The notes below the pieces were generated by a model. That model ran no database searches. It was not told the DNA's origin and saw only the letters and a program-made list of their open reading frames with translations. Below are positions 27,881 to 42,110 of a DNA stretch of 64,000 bases, one piece after another. The stretch lies in assembly GCF_001194135.2 (NCBI RefSeq), contig NC_069010.1, positions 9,378,720 to 9,442,719 on the forward strand. Direction: 5' to 3'. Position 1 is the first letter of the stretch; every line of letters starts with the position of its first letter. This stretch comes from Octopus bimaculoides. Its lineage: Eukaryota. A program made the translations under genes and the position numbers.

Positions 27881-28656
27881 CAGGGTCACAGGACATTTGG
27901 TGATGGTCATACGCACACACTTGCACGCACGCAGATGACAGGCTTGTTTCAGTTTCTGTCTACCAAATTCTCTCACAAAGCATTAGTTTCCCTAGGTTTA
28001 TAATTAGAAGGTACTGGCCCAGGCCCAGGGTGTCAAACTCTGGGGACTGAACCTGGAACCACAAGGTTGTGAAGTAAACTCTTTTAACCACACAGCCACA
28101 CTTTTCTGCCTGCGTCTCTTACATATAAAAAAAAAGAAGGGGTCCCCAAATGCCCTGCCCTCCTCCCCATTCCCGTCACTAAAGATACTTTTATTATGTC
28201 AGCAAATACTGAATCCTGTTACGACACAAAAGACCCTTTAAAAGCCATCAATTTGCTCAATGCACCACAAATACAGAAAAAAAATATATATATTTTGGAG
28301 AAGTTCAAAGACCTTCAGAGAAAAACCTCAATGGCCCACATCCTGCCTGTTACCAACTTCCTATTGTCAGGCAGGGAATGACAATTATAGGAGAGAGAGA
28401 GGGAGTGGTGGTAGGGTGAAGGGTGGCAGTTTGACCTTCGTAATCAGGATTTCTAGGAGTGTGGGAATCCCCGTTTGGCCCCTTATATATAGCTGCACCC
28501 ACCCTACGGATGGTCTCACTTCCAGTCTCTTTGTATACTCTTGTGATACATTTCCGGCACCCCCCACCTTCTCACAAGAAATTCTGTGACCCTCCTTCCC
28601 TCCCTTGCATCTTTCTGTAAATTGCCCTGACAAACTCCCATCACCAGCTGCCCTTC

Positions 28657-28884
28657 TTATTTCTTTGCTGCCCACAAGGGGCTACACACAGAGGGGACAA
28701 ACAAGGACAGACAAAGGGATTAAGTGGATTATATCGACCCCAGTGCGTAACTGGTACTCATTTAATTGACCCCGAAAGGATGAAAGGCAAAGTCGACCTC
28801 GGCGGAATTTGAACCCAGAACGTAGCGGCAGACGAAATACCGCCAAGCATTTCGCCCGGCGCGCTAACGATTCTGCCAGCTCGC
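28657..28884 (-). mobile_element. tRNA-derived SINE, family 2
   Basis: Element strand has gagctggcagaatcgttagc...gttctgggttcaaattccgccgaggtcgactttgcctttcatcctttcggggtc. Near-identical copy at 33722-33955; diverged copies at 8715-8900, 9665-9890, 13040-13200, 47820-47975. Confidence 0.8.
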
Positions 28885-29102
28885 ACATGAAATCCCTTTT
28901 TATCATTGGCAGACCAGACAAAATGCTAAACGAGACCCCTGCTCCAGCATCTTAAAAGTAGGAAGAACTCCATTACACGGTGTAGCTCTGGAAAGGCAGG
29001 ATGGTCATGGATGGAGCTCGTATGGAACCAGTTGACCTGGTGCTAAATAACAGCAATAACCATTGTCACCCGTCTCGTTTGAAGACTCAGCTGCTTTTTC
29101 TG

Positions 29103-29480
29103 TTTAACCCCAGGTCAGTCTTCATCCTGTAGACCTATGATCAGAGATGTTCTCGCCATGGCTATCTTGTCTTTCATTCAGACATAGTGTATCTAGGACT
29201 ACATTATCCGATGTCCTTTATTGTTGTCGTTTAACCCTAGGTTGGTCCTATGACTTCTGATCAAACACGTTCCATCCTGTCTTTTATTCATTGTGTATCT
29301 AGGACTACACTATTGAATGTGTCCTTCCTTGTTGCTTGGTCCCATGTCAGCCTTGATCCTGTTGACTTACGATCAAAGACGTTCCAGCTGTGACCATCCT
29401 GTCTTGATTTTGTCATAGCATATCTAGGACAACACTATGAGTGTGACATGAGGGAGGTTCAGCTACTATTTCTGGCAGGT
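29103..29480. repeat. Diverged tandem array (3 units, 106-125 bp)
   Basis: tatctaggac recurs at 29190, 29296 and 29421; reverse-related to the 59-kb unit (gtcctagata; cctggggttaaac). Confidence 0.7.
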
Positions 29481-32400
29481 CATGCAGCTATATATAGTCT
29501 CACTGCATGGCTCTGCTGATATGAGTAAATATTCGATGGGTGGAATGACATTTGAGGGTGGGTGGGCAGGAAACATCAGGCACTTCCTCTGGGTACTCCC
29601 CTCCCCCCCCCCTCTCTCTCTCTCCCTCTCTCACTCCATATAACCACTTGACCAATTTGTCCACAGTATTAACAAGATTGGACTTAACATTAATGACAAC
29701 CACTGTTGCTACCACCACCACCACCACCACCACCACTACCTACACCACCTTCACTAGCACCTACTACAACTACCACCACTGCCATCACCACCACCATCAT
29801 CATCATCATCCACACCACCACTACCACATCCTCTTTAAGCAACCTAACCCCTTCCCATCCCCACACTCCCTCCACCCCAACACCACCAAATAAAATGCTT
29901 TTTGAGGCCTGGCTGTGTGGTTGAGGATCACACTTTGCAGCTGTGTAGTTTTGGGTTCAGTTCCACTGTGTACTGTTGGTGATAGGGTTAGGGTTAGGGT
30001 GGTGGTGGTGGTTGCAAGAAGTATGGATGGTGGAGGTGGCACTTTGGGCCAGTGGCTTCTTTTATAGCCTCGGGCTGACCAGTGCCTTGCGAGCGTGAAC
30101 TTGGTTGATGGAAACTGTATGGAAGTCCGCCATTGCTTAATAACTGGTGTTGGTTTGTTTACACACCCATAACTTAGCAAAGGGACGAGCAGTTCCGTTA
30201 GAAGAGACAGCTTTAGTATAGGACTTAGAAATTTGTTATACAAAAAAAAATGTCTTTATAGTGAAACTGTGACATCCACCCTTTGTCTGTCCAAAGCAGT
30301 TTCATAAATCTGTCCTAAACATCCACACTTGTTTACAAGAGATTTTTGTTATCTCTTGTTTTCATATGTTCTGAGGAAAACAAAGTTTTGCTTTTCATAA
30401 GTTCCAAGTCACTCTGGTGATTAAGATAAAAATTAGGAATGTATGTTATGATGCATGGAAGCCAGGGAAATGTGTCCTCTGTATCCCATGAGAAAGACAA
30501 CAAGACAGGCCAAGAGTTGAGCAGTTCTCTTACAAAAGACAGCTTTAATGTGATGTTGGGGAATTTGTTATATAAAACAGTTTCTTTATAGTAAGGCTGT
30601 GTAATTTTTTTTGCCAATCCAAAGGATTTTAATAACTTTCTCCTGAAATTCCATGCTTGTTTTCAAACTTTTTTTTGTCTCATGATTTGAGTAAAATAAT
30701 TTTTTCCTTCCATTAAGTCCCAAGTTATTCTTGTAATTGAAAGTAAACAAATTGAGAATGTGTCTCATATACGATGATGCATGGGCGCCAAGGAAATGGG
30801 TCCTGTTTCTCATATTAAGGGTCAGACAGGTCTCTAACAAATGCTGTCATCGTCATCATCATTGAGCTTTTACAATTAGCTACATACATATATATACATA
30901 CATATATATGTATATATATATGTATGTATATATAGCTCAGTCCTGTTGGTGAGGGCATAAAGACCTCCCATTGGAGTCTTACTGCTTCACCTCCTCTTTC
31001 TTGCCCTCCCTCTGCTGGTTTTTTCTTCTTTTCCTCAAGTGTTATCTCTGTCATCAACAAGTATCCGCTTCCTCCTCCAATGGCTCACAGCACTTTCTCT
31101 ATGAATCAACCAGTTACCATTAACCGTTTAATAGTGTGTGGGCGTCTATGTTGTGCGTATGCATGTGTATGTACATGTTATGCATATCTGTGTGTGTATA
31201 TATTTATGGGTGGGTGTCTATGCCGCCTCTCTCTTACATGCAGGAATGTAGTCATATCTGTGTATTTAATAAAACATATATTTAATCTCAGTTTAAAACC
31301 AGGTCCCTCTGGTTAAACACTCCTTTCCCTATGTCTGCATTGTGAGTTCAAATCCTTTAATCCACATTTGAAGTTAAAGTACCTCGTCACTTACTGGGCC
31401 CAATTTTCCTTCCTCATCTCTCTCTCTCTCTCTCTCTCTCTCAAGTCAACTATGCCACATGTGAGAAACAGGTTGTAAGTCACTGCACACACTCGCTGCA
31501 GCCGCTGCCATCAACATACAATGCACCCAGTGCACCTTGTAAAGAGAGTGGTGTCATAACACTTGTACGGCATCCAGCTGTAGAAACCATATCGAAGCAG
31601 ACAATTGGAGCCTGGTGCGGCTCTCCAGTTGGCCAACTCTTTTCAAACTGTCCGACCCATGCCAGCATGGGAAATGGATGCTAAATGATGATGATCATTG
31701 TAGATAGACTGGTGTACACACACACACACACACACACACTCTCTCTCTCTCTCTCTCTTATTTATATAAACATGTCCTGTATGAAGCACTTGTCCTGGTG
31801 CCACAATAAAAGCAGCCAGCCAGTACACATTGTAAAGGGGTTGGCATTAGAAGGAGCATCCAGCCATAGGAACTGTGCCAAAAGAGACAAGATGATCCAT
31901 GGAATAACTGTTGTGTTTATACATTATCATCATCATAGTTTTAGTGTCCGCTTTTCCAACCCTGCTTGAGTCAGACAGAGCTTGTTGAAGCAGATTTTCT
32001 ATGATGGGATGCTCTTCCTGTCACCGACCATCACCGGTTTCCAAGCAAGGTGACGTTTTCTTACTGGAGTTATGAGGCACAGGTTATGAGGCACCTTACT
32101 GGAGGAGTTGAGGAGGCACAAGTCACTAGAACCATACTGGAGGAGTAATGGGGCACATGTTAGTGGCACCTCATTAAAGGAGGTACCTATTTGTGACCCC
32201 AAGTCTTGACATCATTGGTTGACCTGTGAGATATGTTAGTTAAGAGAGAAACTGAAGCAAATCAGGGGAGAAAGAGATAAGTGGACCCTCAGGGGTCATC
32301 TAGTAGAGGCTTCACCCCCTAATGATGATGAGGAGAAGGGGTGGCTACATGATCTCGTGTATCCTGTAATAAAGACTGTATGGTGTGAGGTGAGGGAGAT

Positions 32401-33721
32401 TTGGCTGCTGTTGCTGTTGTTATAGACGCAGGCCAACCCTATGATCAAAAGGTGTTCCATTTATGACCATCCCGTCTTTTATTTCAGACACGGTGTGTCC
32501 TTGACACACCGTGTTCTTGTTCTTGCCAAGCAAGCAGACCCTCTGATCAAAGGTGGTCCAACCATGCCCACCCAGATGTTTATCTCAAACTATATTATCC
32601 AATGTGCCTTCTCACACTTTAACACTGTGCAATACTTTGATGTTTCTAGCATGTTAAGTCCACTGAGGCTCTTTCACACACACAGAGTACCTTGTGGTGA
32701 TTAGCACAAAATCCCCCCCCCCTGTTCTATTTCAAATACTTGTTCTCCTGACCAGTACAGCACCACCACTGCCACAACAACCATTTCCATCATCACCTTC
32801 ACCATCACCACCACCTTTTACATCAATACCCTCATCATCATCATCACCATCATCAGCACAACCATCAGCCATGCCTCCTGCAACACTCCCCACCCCCATC
32901 TTCACCACCCTCACTTTACATTCCTTACTATCAGTGCACTCTTCTCATTAGGTGTTAATTATAAATAACGACCTCCCAATTAGCGAATGTCTGGTGTGGG
33001 AGTGTGTAGGGGGAGGGGGTGTTAGCAGTGATGGGGGTAGTGTTTAATCTTGAGTAAGGACTGACTGTAAAGACGTAATCAAATGCCTTCCAGCCATGAC
33101 CAGCTCACCATATACAGCTTTAACCAATGTGTGAAATGAGGGAGATTTGGCTGCCATTTCTAGCAGGTCTAGCTACCATGTAGAGGTCTCCCTCACTGGC
33201 TTGTACATACATAAAACAAGGGGGTGTGATTTGAGGGTGAATTTGCTGCTATACCTATGGCTGTGTGGTAAGAAGTTTACTTCCCAACCACATGGTTCTA
33301 GGTTCAGTTCCTCTGCATGGCACCTTAATCGAATGTCTTCTATAACCCTGGACCAACTAAAGCCTTTGAGTGGATTTGTGTTTGTCTTTGTCTACATTTG
33401 TCCTCCAACACCACTCAACAACCGGTGTTGGTGTGTTTACATCCCCGTGACCTAGCAGTTTGGCAAAAGTAACTGATACAATAAGTACCGGGGTCAATTC
33501 ATTTTGAACTAAAGATTCTTCAAGGTGGTGCCCCAGCATGGCTAAAGTCTTGTGACTGGGCTGTGGGTGTGGCTTTAAGGCTTGTTTTGTCCCACCGTGA
33601 AAGCAAAACAGTTTTACGGGACAACACCCTTGCATGTTCGACAATGTGTATATACGTGTGTATGTGTGTGTGTGTGTATGTATATTGTATGTGTCTGGGT
33701 ATGTATTTGTATACATATGTG

Positions 33722-33955
33722 TTATTTCTTTACTACCCACAAGGGGCTATACACAGAGGGGACAAACAAGGACAGACAAACAGATTAAGTCGATTATACC
33801 GACCCTAGTGCGTAACTGGTACTTACTTAATCGACCCCGAAAGGATGAAAGGCAAAGTCGACCTCGGCGGAATTTGAACTCAGAACATAAAGACAGACGA
33901 AATACCGCTAAGCATTTCGCCCGGCCCCCTAACGTTTCTGCCAGCTCGCCGCCTT
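33722..33955 (-). mobile_element. tRNA-derived SINE, family 2
   Basis: High similarity to 28657-28884. Confidence 0.8.
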
Positions 33956-34871
33956 GTGTATATATGTGTGTATATACTTGTACGTGTAGATGTGTATTTA
34001 TGTGTGTACATGTGTACCTGTTTGTATGGATATATGTATATGCATGTGTGTGTGGTATTTAGAAGGAAATCGGATATTCTCACCCTGTACTTCTCTCTCT
34101 CTCTCTCTCTCTCCAGACCCTCTGTCTTCCACATTCTTCATTACTCCATGTCTGTCTCCCACATGGATTATTAGCACCCCCCTCCCATCCTTCAGCTTCC
34201 CTCCTCACCAAACAGCAACAAACACACCATGACTCACACTAAGTCACCTTGACTCTTCCGGACTCTTCCAGCACAAACCGTTTCTCCCTCCCTGCCTGCC
34301 TCCCTCCCTCTCCCCACCCAGCACACGTCAGCTGATAACAGTACCGAGGTGATAGATACCGTAACCCTCTACACGTGTGCCACATGTCCATCCCACATTC
34401 AATGCCACATGAGTTGCTCTCATGTTGAGTGATATTACTCTTTTGCTCCTCTCTCTCTCTCTCCCCTTTTGTCACTACATAACACATTCCTCCCACATTC
34501 AATACTCCACATGTCCTTCTGCCATGTAGCAGCTATCACCATTACTAGGGAGACAGACACACGATTCATATTGCATGTGCAGTCACTCACTATGTGTGTG
34601 TGTATGTGTATAGATATGTATGTATAGATATGTATGTATGTGGGTGTATGCATATGTTTATGAATGTATATATGCATACAAATGTATAGATATGTTTGTG
34701 TGCGTATGTATGTATATATCATCATCATCATCATCGTTTAACATCAGCTTTCCATGCTAGCATGGGTTGGACTATATATATATATATCATCATCATCATC
34801 ATCATCGTTTAACGTCCGCTTTCCATGCCAGGCTCCAATCTAAATTTGGCAGAGTTTCTACAGCTGGATGC

Positions 34872-34923
<52 letters not shown>

Positions 34924-35196
34924 CTGCATATGTTTGTGTATATATATAATGTTTATACACCAACATAACATGGAAGTCCTTCCTGTAAAGGACGGTGTTA
35001 CTGTTGTTTTAGCCCCCAGGATTTTTATGTATGTGTATCTATTAGTGTACATGTTTGTGTATGCATAGACATACATAACACACATGCGCACATACATACA
35101 TTGTAACCCAAGCCTTGGCATATGTTTGGCTTGTAGACTGGTGTTGGTGGCAAGACTAGCCTCCCTCTCTCACACCCACACGATGCTACACACAGC

Positions 35197-35269
<73 letters not shown>

Positions 35270-36599
35270 ACCATATGTAAACATAAACACACACTCAGAC
35301 ACCCTAACACAGCTTGATGCCTTGTGGTGAGGTAACAGGAGATTTACCCTCCTACACACATAGGTCTGTTTTGCGTGTGTTTTGGATCGAGACTGACCTG
35401 GGGCTAAACAACAACACCAAGGAAGGACACATTTGATAATGTAGTCAAAGGATAGTCACAGGTGGAACATCTGTGATCATGAGACAATTGGATTTGGACT
35501 GACCAAGGGTTAAACAACAACCACAAAGCTCTCCTCTCACTTGCAACTGTCCCCTCCACAAGGGGGTCCATTTCACCACCACCACCACCACCCCACCACC
35601 ATGCTAACCAGATTGTCTCCTCCTGGTCACCACAACTATTAACACTATAAACATCAACACGACCACCACTAAGCCGAGGGCCTCCCCCAGCCACCGACAC
35701 CATCACCGCTATGACCACCATCATATCCACAAAACTGTCCCCCCCCCTCCCCTCCGCCCCACTCACTGCCTGCCACCCTTACCCTTGTAAGCCATGTCTA
35801 GTCAAGATCTGCTGCTGTTGTTGGGTCACCAAAAAGAAAAAAAAAATATGTAAAAGTTTGTTTGTATAAAGTTGACAGAGNNNNNNNNNNNNNNNNNNNN
35901 NNNNNNNNNNNNNNNNNNNNNNNNNNNNNNNNNNNNNNNNNNNNNNNNNNNNNNNNNNNNNNNNNNNNNNNNNNNNNNNNNNNNNNNNNNNNNNNNNNNN
36001 NNNNNNNNNNNNNNNNNNNNNNNNNNNNNNNNNNNNNNNNNNNNNNNNNNNNNNNNNNNNNNNNNNNNNNNNNNNNAGTTAAAACTTCTCCTTCCTGAAT
36101 ATGTTCAACAACTACTACTACTACTACCACTGCTACTGCTGCTACCCTGTATAAACTGGAGGTTATAATGATGGGGTACAGTGGTGGCAATATCTTCAGT
36201 ATGGTGTAGGGGCAGGTCTGGCTGTGTGGTTAAGAAGCTCGCTTTGCAACCGTGGTGTGGTTTCAGGTTCAAGTCCTAGTCAGCAGCCCTTTGCGTAACT
36301 CTCTTCTACTTAATAGACCTGATCTGACCAATGGCTTGCAAAGAAATTTGGCCGATGGAAAAAACTGTGTGGAAGCCCATTGTCTGTGTGTCTGTGTACA
36401 CTATTCTTATTTGTTTCAGTCAATTGACTGCAGCCATGCTGGAGCGCCACCTTGAAGGGTTTTAGTTGTGCAAATCAACCCCAGGGCTTATTTCTTAAGC
36501 CTTGTACTTATTCTATCTACCTTGTTTACTGACCGCTAAGTTACATGGTTGTAAACACACCAACACCAGTTGCCAAGCAATGATGGGGAGACACACAAG

Positions 36600-36634
<35 letters not shown>

Positions 36635-37384
36635 GCATACATACCACAGGTTTCTTTCAGTTTCCATCTACCAAATCCGCTCTCATGGTTTTGGTTGGCC
36701 CAAGGCCATAGAAACACTTGCCCAAAGTGTCACGCAGTGGGATTGAACCTGGAACTGTGTAGTTGGGGAGCAAGCTTCTTACCACACAGCTATGCCTGCA
36801 CCTACACACACACACATGTATGGCTATCATCATCATCATCATCATCATCCCTGTAGTTCGTGTCCCCTTAGAGTAGTGGACCCATGTGTTGTAGTGTGGT
36901 GATAGACCCTGTGTTATAATATTGTCATTGCAGGCGTGGCTGTGTGGTAAGAAGCTTGCTTACCAACCACATGGTTCTGGGTTCAGTCCCACTGTGTAGC
37001 ACCTTGGGCAAGTGTCTGTCCTAAGAAGTTTACTTCCCAACCACAAGGTTTCAAGTTCCATCTCAGTGCTCAGCACAGTGGTCAAGTGTCTTCTACTTTG
37101 CCCTGGGCCACCAAAGCCTTCTGAATGGATTTGGTAGACGGAAACTGAAAGAAGTTCATTATGTAGAGATACAGTTATTCCACCCCAGTCCCCATTTGGT
37201 ACATCCCATCATCCAACCGTTTTGTCAATTAAGGGGTCATTACTATTTCCAGCGTCCCTTTTTTTTTGTTCTATTTTGTCTTTTTGTTTTTGGTATTCTC
37301 TTTTTATTTTGTTGTTGTTTGTTTATAACTCATCTTTTTTCTTTTCTTTTTTTTTTGCAGAAAGTTGGCCAGAAGGTTCTTACC

Positions 37385-40368
37385 ATGAAGAAACAAGAGA
37401 AGGGGCCCCCCAAGATGTTTGTAGTCGGCAGCAACAGTACCACGACCACCACCACCACGACAATGACGACAGCCACCCGCACAGCCACCGAAACGGTGGC
37501 GCCAATGCGATCGAAATCTGAGAACTCCGGACTTAGCACCATCTCTACATCCACACCGTCCTCAAGAAAGATAATGGGTGCCCCACTCAGCAAACAATAT
37601 CTGAGCAAAAGCCACGAAAACCTAACCACCCACCAACAGCAGAAGAAGAAGAAGCAGCTTTCTCTGTTACCGGACAGACCAAAGATAAACAGCGGTGGGA
37701 CCAGCGTTAGTAAGACGAGCAGCAACAAAGAGAATGTCCTCAAAGAGAAAGAGAAGAACGTGGTGTTTGCGAAACCAGCACCACCTACTGGCACTTCGGC
37801 AACAATTACCACATCGTCAACGACAGCAGGCACCACAACGACGGCATCTTCGTCGTCAACAACGACCAAAGGTGGAAGGAGTGCCACTGGGGTCAATTCA
37901 ACCATCCGCAAAGCGTCGAGTACCCAGAACATTGATAAGACTGGCAAGGGCGTCTTCACGACGACGGGGTCGACAGGTTTACACACCAGTGGCAAGACCC
38001 ACTCTTCGATGAAGCGTGCACACAGTTCACAAAGCATGACCAAAGATAAAACGGTGCGCAAGAGGACTTCGGCACCGGCTGACGTGATGGCGTACAATGC
38101 CGAGCTACTTGCCAATTTTGAGCGTGAGAAAAAGGCCCTGGAAAGCCGTATTTCCGAACTGATCCAGATCACTGAAGGGCGGAAAGCGGAGATTGAGAGG
38201 CACAAGTACGAGATAAGGAATCTTAAGGAACAAATCCCATCTCAGGATCTTCAAGAGGAATGTGAGTTCCTTAGGAATCAGAACAAAATTCTTCAAGAAC
38301 GCTTAAAGGAATTTGGAATCTCTATTGAGCAACTCCCCGATGCTGAGAAAATTTCCATGCCAAAGAAGAGCCCAAGTCCGCCGTCGTCGAACCAAAGTGA
38401 ACCTGCTAGCAAAGTGATGCCATCAAGCATAAGTTGTGATAATTTATCCAATTTTGACTCCCTGCAAGAACCTTGTCCGAGTCGTTACGACTATCCGATG
38501 TCCGAACCGGGCTTGACACTGGACGATCTGTGTGGCACACCAGAACACCCCTCAGAGCTGTCGCTGGACAATGTCGGCTGGGACAAACAGAGCAACAAGA
38601 GCAGCGACGCAATGAGTGAGGTGTCGGTGGCGTGCCTCACGGAACGGATCCTCCAGATGGAGGAGACGCACTACAGCACAAACGAGGAACTACAGGCAAC
38701 ACTGCAGGAACTGAGCGACCTGCAGGATATGGTGAACGAATTGACCGAAGATAACGAGAAGCTCGCAGACGAACGAGGCGTCGTGCTTGAGTCGCTGTGC
38801 ACGCAGACGGAGAAACTAGAGCACTGTCGCACCCAGCTGGAGCACCTGAAGTCTTTATTGATCAACAGCAGTCTGATAAACAGCACCGAGCGAGAACAGC
38901 AAATGATTGATTTGCTGAAGAGCGCATCGATCGAGCGAGAGGAGATGTTGCGCAAACAGGACGAGTATTCAAATGAACTCCAGATGGCCATCACCGAGAA
39001 CCGAGAGGCACAGGAACTGGTGAGTGCCCTTCGTGACAAGACACAGCTGCTCCAGGGTGAAGTGGATACGTTGACAGAAGAGAAGGAGAGCTCGGAGAAA
39101 CTGATTTCCGAGATGAAACGGTCACTGTCCGATGACAGGATCGAGATGACCCGGTACAAGACCATGCTGGAATGCGAGCGGTCAAAGGTCGAAAAGCTGG
39201 AGCAAATGCAGTTGGCTCAGGACAACAAGTCTGACCTTGAACAGCTGCTGTTGACCACTCGGAAGGAGAAGGACGAGATGGAGATGAAGGTGACCAACAT
39301 GACGGAGGAGATTCTGCTGTTGCAACGAGAGATGGAGAAGGTGCGCGGGACCCTGGTGGCACGTGAGGAGGAGGTGAGGGGCCTCAAGTCGAACTCCAAA
39401 ACAAGGATCTCCGAACTGGAGCTGAAGGTAGACGCAATGCAGAAGGAACGTGTGGACATTCAGCAGGAGGAGGAGACACTGCGCGACCACATTGAACAGC
39501 TGGAACAGGACTGTGACCGTTACCGTGACGACGTGAAGAGGTGCAACGCGAAGATCCAGGAACTGCAACAGGAAATGAAAGAACTGCTTCGGCAGAAGTC
39601 GGTCGTCGAGTCGGAACTGCACGACGTTCACCACCGACACGAAGAGGAATCGGAAGAGTGGAAGCAGTTCCAGAAAGACCTGCAGGTGGCGGTGGTCATT
39701 GCTAACGATTTCCGTACAGAGACCCAGGAGGACATGGAACGGCTGGTCTGCGAGAATTCGTCAATGCGGGAGAAACTGAAGTCGTTGCAGAGTCAGCTGG
39801 GCAAGGCCAAGGACGAGCTGGACAACCTGAAACTGCGCTCGTGGGACGAACGGTCATCAAAGCCAATCTTCTCGCCAGCTGAGCTAAAAGGTAAGATGCT
39901 TAGCTCAGTCGATCGGGAGTTGATTGCGCTGCGAGAAGGCCGACGTATGGACAGCAAAAACCAAACGATGTCCGTGAAGAACCTTATCCGGTCGATCGAG
40001 GACCAAGTGAAGAGTGGCAACTCATCGATCCACTCGAGTGAGAACAGCTCTCGTCGCAGCTCATTGGAGCTCGTGGGCTGCCCCCTGTCCCCATCCAACA
40101 GCGACCTCACTGATGCCAAGTCCCCGACGACGCCCACTGATCTGTCACCGCAGGGGTCGTCGGAACTGCCACTGAGGTCTGTCTTGAAGCGACCCGCCGC
40201 TGAGAAGCTATCGCCCCTGCAACCGCTCGGCACGACGTTTGAGAAAGGCAAGGAATTGAAACCGGTTCAGCAGAACAACCGCAATGAGTCTGAACATTCG
40301 AAAGTGTCACCGTCCATCTCGTCTATCTTGTCGTCCCGGAGCAGCAGTAGGCGCAATAGTGGAATCTG
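37385..40368 (+). CDS. SPECC1L: Cytospin-A/SPECC1L, coding exon 1 (S/T-rich N-terminus plus long coiled coil)
   Basis: Acceptor ttttgcag| at 37360/37361, accATGa at 37385, donor tctg|gtgagt after 40368 (phase 2). Motifs SEVSVACLTERILQMEETHYSTNEELQATLQELSDLQ and EESEEWKQFQKDLQVAVVIAND match the cytospin family. The ORF-track start at 37196 is intronic. 5' UTR exons not located. Confidence 0.93.
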
Positions 40369-40619
40369 GTGAGTAACCCTACTTAATCTTCTTCTTCTTG
40401 TGTAGAGGTGAGAAGTGGGGGTGGGGACATTGTTGTAGTGGGGTTTGTTGTTGTTTAGCCTTGTGGAGGCACAATGGCCCAGTGGTTAGGCCAGCGGACT
40501 CGCGGTTTCGATTCCCAGACCAGGCGTTGTGAGTGTTTATTAAGCGAAAACGCCTAAAGCTCCATGAGGCTCTGGCAGGAGATGGTATTGATAAGAATAT
40601 ATGTATATGTATATAAGAA

Positions 40620-41010
40620 AAAAATTGCCAATGTTCTGCGCCATGAGGACCAAAGACTTGAAGTATTTTGTGTTGCAAGACAGTGTGAGAGAGAGAATCG
40701 TGATGTCGTAGGAGAGAAATGTGTCTGCATGGATGATGGTTCACTTGCACTAAACGAGGCTGCAAAGAAAGAGGTTTGGAGACGCCACTACGAAAGGTAG
40801 CTTAATAGAGAGAATGAATGGGAGAAAGAGAGTCTGTTGAATGTCGATCCAGCAGAGGGACCAGCTATCCTAGTTGACGGTACCTTGGTAGATAAAGCAA
40901 TTAAGAGTATGAAGACAGGCAAAGCCCCTGGCCCATCTGGCAGTGTCGGCTGTAGCCTAGTCATCTGTATAGTTAATCAGGTGATGCACGAAGGAGTCAC
41001 ACCCAATGAC
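40620..41010 (+). mobile_element. RTE LINE ORF fragment in SPECC1L intron
   Basis: KEVWRRHYER*LNRENEWEKESL..DKAIKSMKTGKAPGPSG..IVNQVMHEGVTPND; internal stop and deletion. Confidence 0.75.
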
Positions 41011-41261
41011 TTGGCACCTGTGATGTCGCAACTCATTTCTACAGCTGAGTGACCTGGGGCAACATGAAATAAAGTGTCTTGCTCAAGAACACAACAGGCA
41101 GCCTGGTCTGGGAATTGAACTCACAACATCCGGATTTTGGGCCCTATGCTCTAACCACTGAACCATGCACCTGATGATGATGATGATGACATTAAAAAAA
41201 GTACAGTGATGATGTTGTTTTGTTATGTGTTTTATTTTCTTTTCTTCTTTCTCCGTTCCAG

Positions 41262-41388
41262 CTGTACAGAATTGGAACGTAAAGAGGCAGCAGCCAAAGA
41301 CCCACTGGTAGGACTTGCCAAACAGATGGGAGGATCCAAGCGGAATGCATTACTCAAATGGTGTCAACAGAAGACGCTCAGCTATAAT
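41262..41388 (+). CDS. SPECC1L: Cytospin-A/SPECC1L coding exon 2 (start of CH domain)
   Basis: ttccag| acceptor, |gtaagg donor; phase 2 in, phase 0 out; encodes [31 protein letters not shown]. Confidence 0.93.
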
Positions 41389-42110
41389 GTAAGGCACATT
41401 CTACTGTGATAGGGGTGTGTGGGTTTCTCTGTGGACTGGTCTACTGTGCCATGGCAAGGGGTTTGTGTAGCTTGGTTTATTGTACTGTGGTAGGTGTGTG
41501 TGTGTGGATTTGTTTTTTGGTACTGTAATAGGTGTGTGTGAACTGGTCCATTGTAATGTGGCAGGGGTGTGTAGGACGTAGTTTATTATACTGCTGTAAG
41601 GGCTGTGTGTGGACTTATCTATTGCAGGGTTTTTTTTTTTTTGGTGGCGGTCATGGACTGGTATATTGTACTGTTGTTGGGGTGGACTGGTCTATTATAA
41701 ATATTGTAGGGAGTTTGGACTAATCTGTTGTTTTGTTGTAGGGGTGTATGGTGTGGTATGTTGTACTTTGGTGTGGGTGTGCATGGGGATAGCTTTTTTG
41801 TACTGCTGTGTCTCTAGGGAGGTTACGGACCAGTCTATTGTACTGTTGTAGGGGATTTATGGAGTGGCCCATGTTACTGTATTATCGGTGTGACACACGC
41901 ACACTTGAACATGTGAAGGGAGGTAACTTTAACCCAGTCTCCAACTAAGTCTCTCTACTTATCTATGTACCTCCCCCTCTGTCTATCTATATACCTGTTT
42001 TCCTATATATCTATCTACTTACTTTTCTCTGTTTATCTCTCTGTCTATCTATCTATTTATCTACACATATTCTTATATATCTATCTGTGTCTCTGTCTGT
42101 CTCTCTATCA

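Noticed and set aside
29984-30000. Interstitial telomere (gggttagggttaggg)
   Set aside because: Only about 2.5 units within a GGT-rich tract; expected by chance or slippage
37196-37384. N-terminal 63 aa of the 1058-aa ORF (hydrophobic FFVLFCLF stretch resembling a TM or signal segment)
   Set aside because: It is the translated intronic polypyrimidine tract upstream of the acceptor at 37360/37361; the true start is most likely ATG 37385
37330-40251. Long antisense ORFs (291, 164, 152 aa) over SPECC1L
   Set aside because: Shadow frames of a GC-rich coiled-coil exon; no independent motifs or splice support
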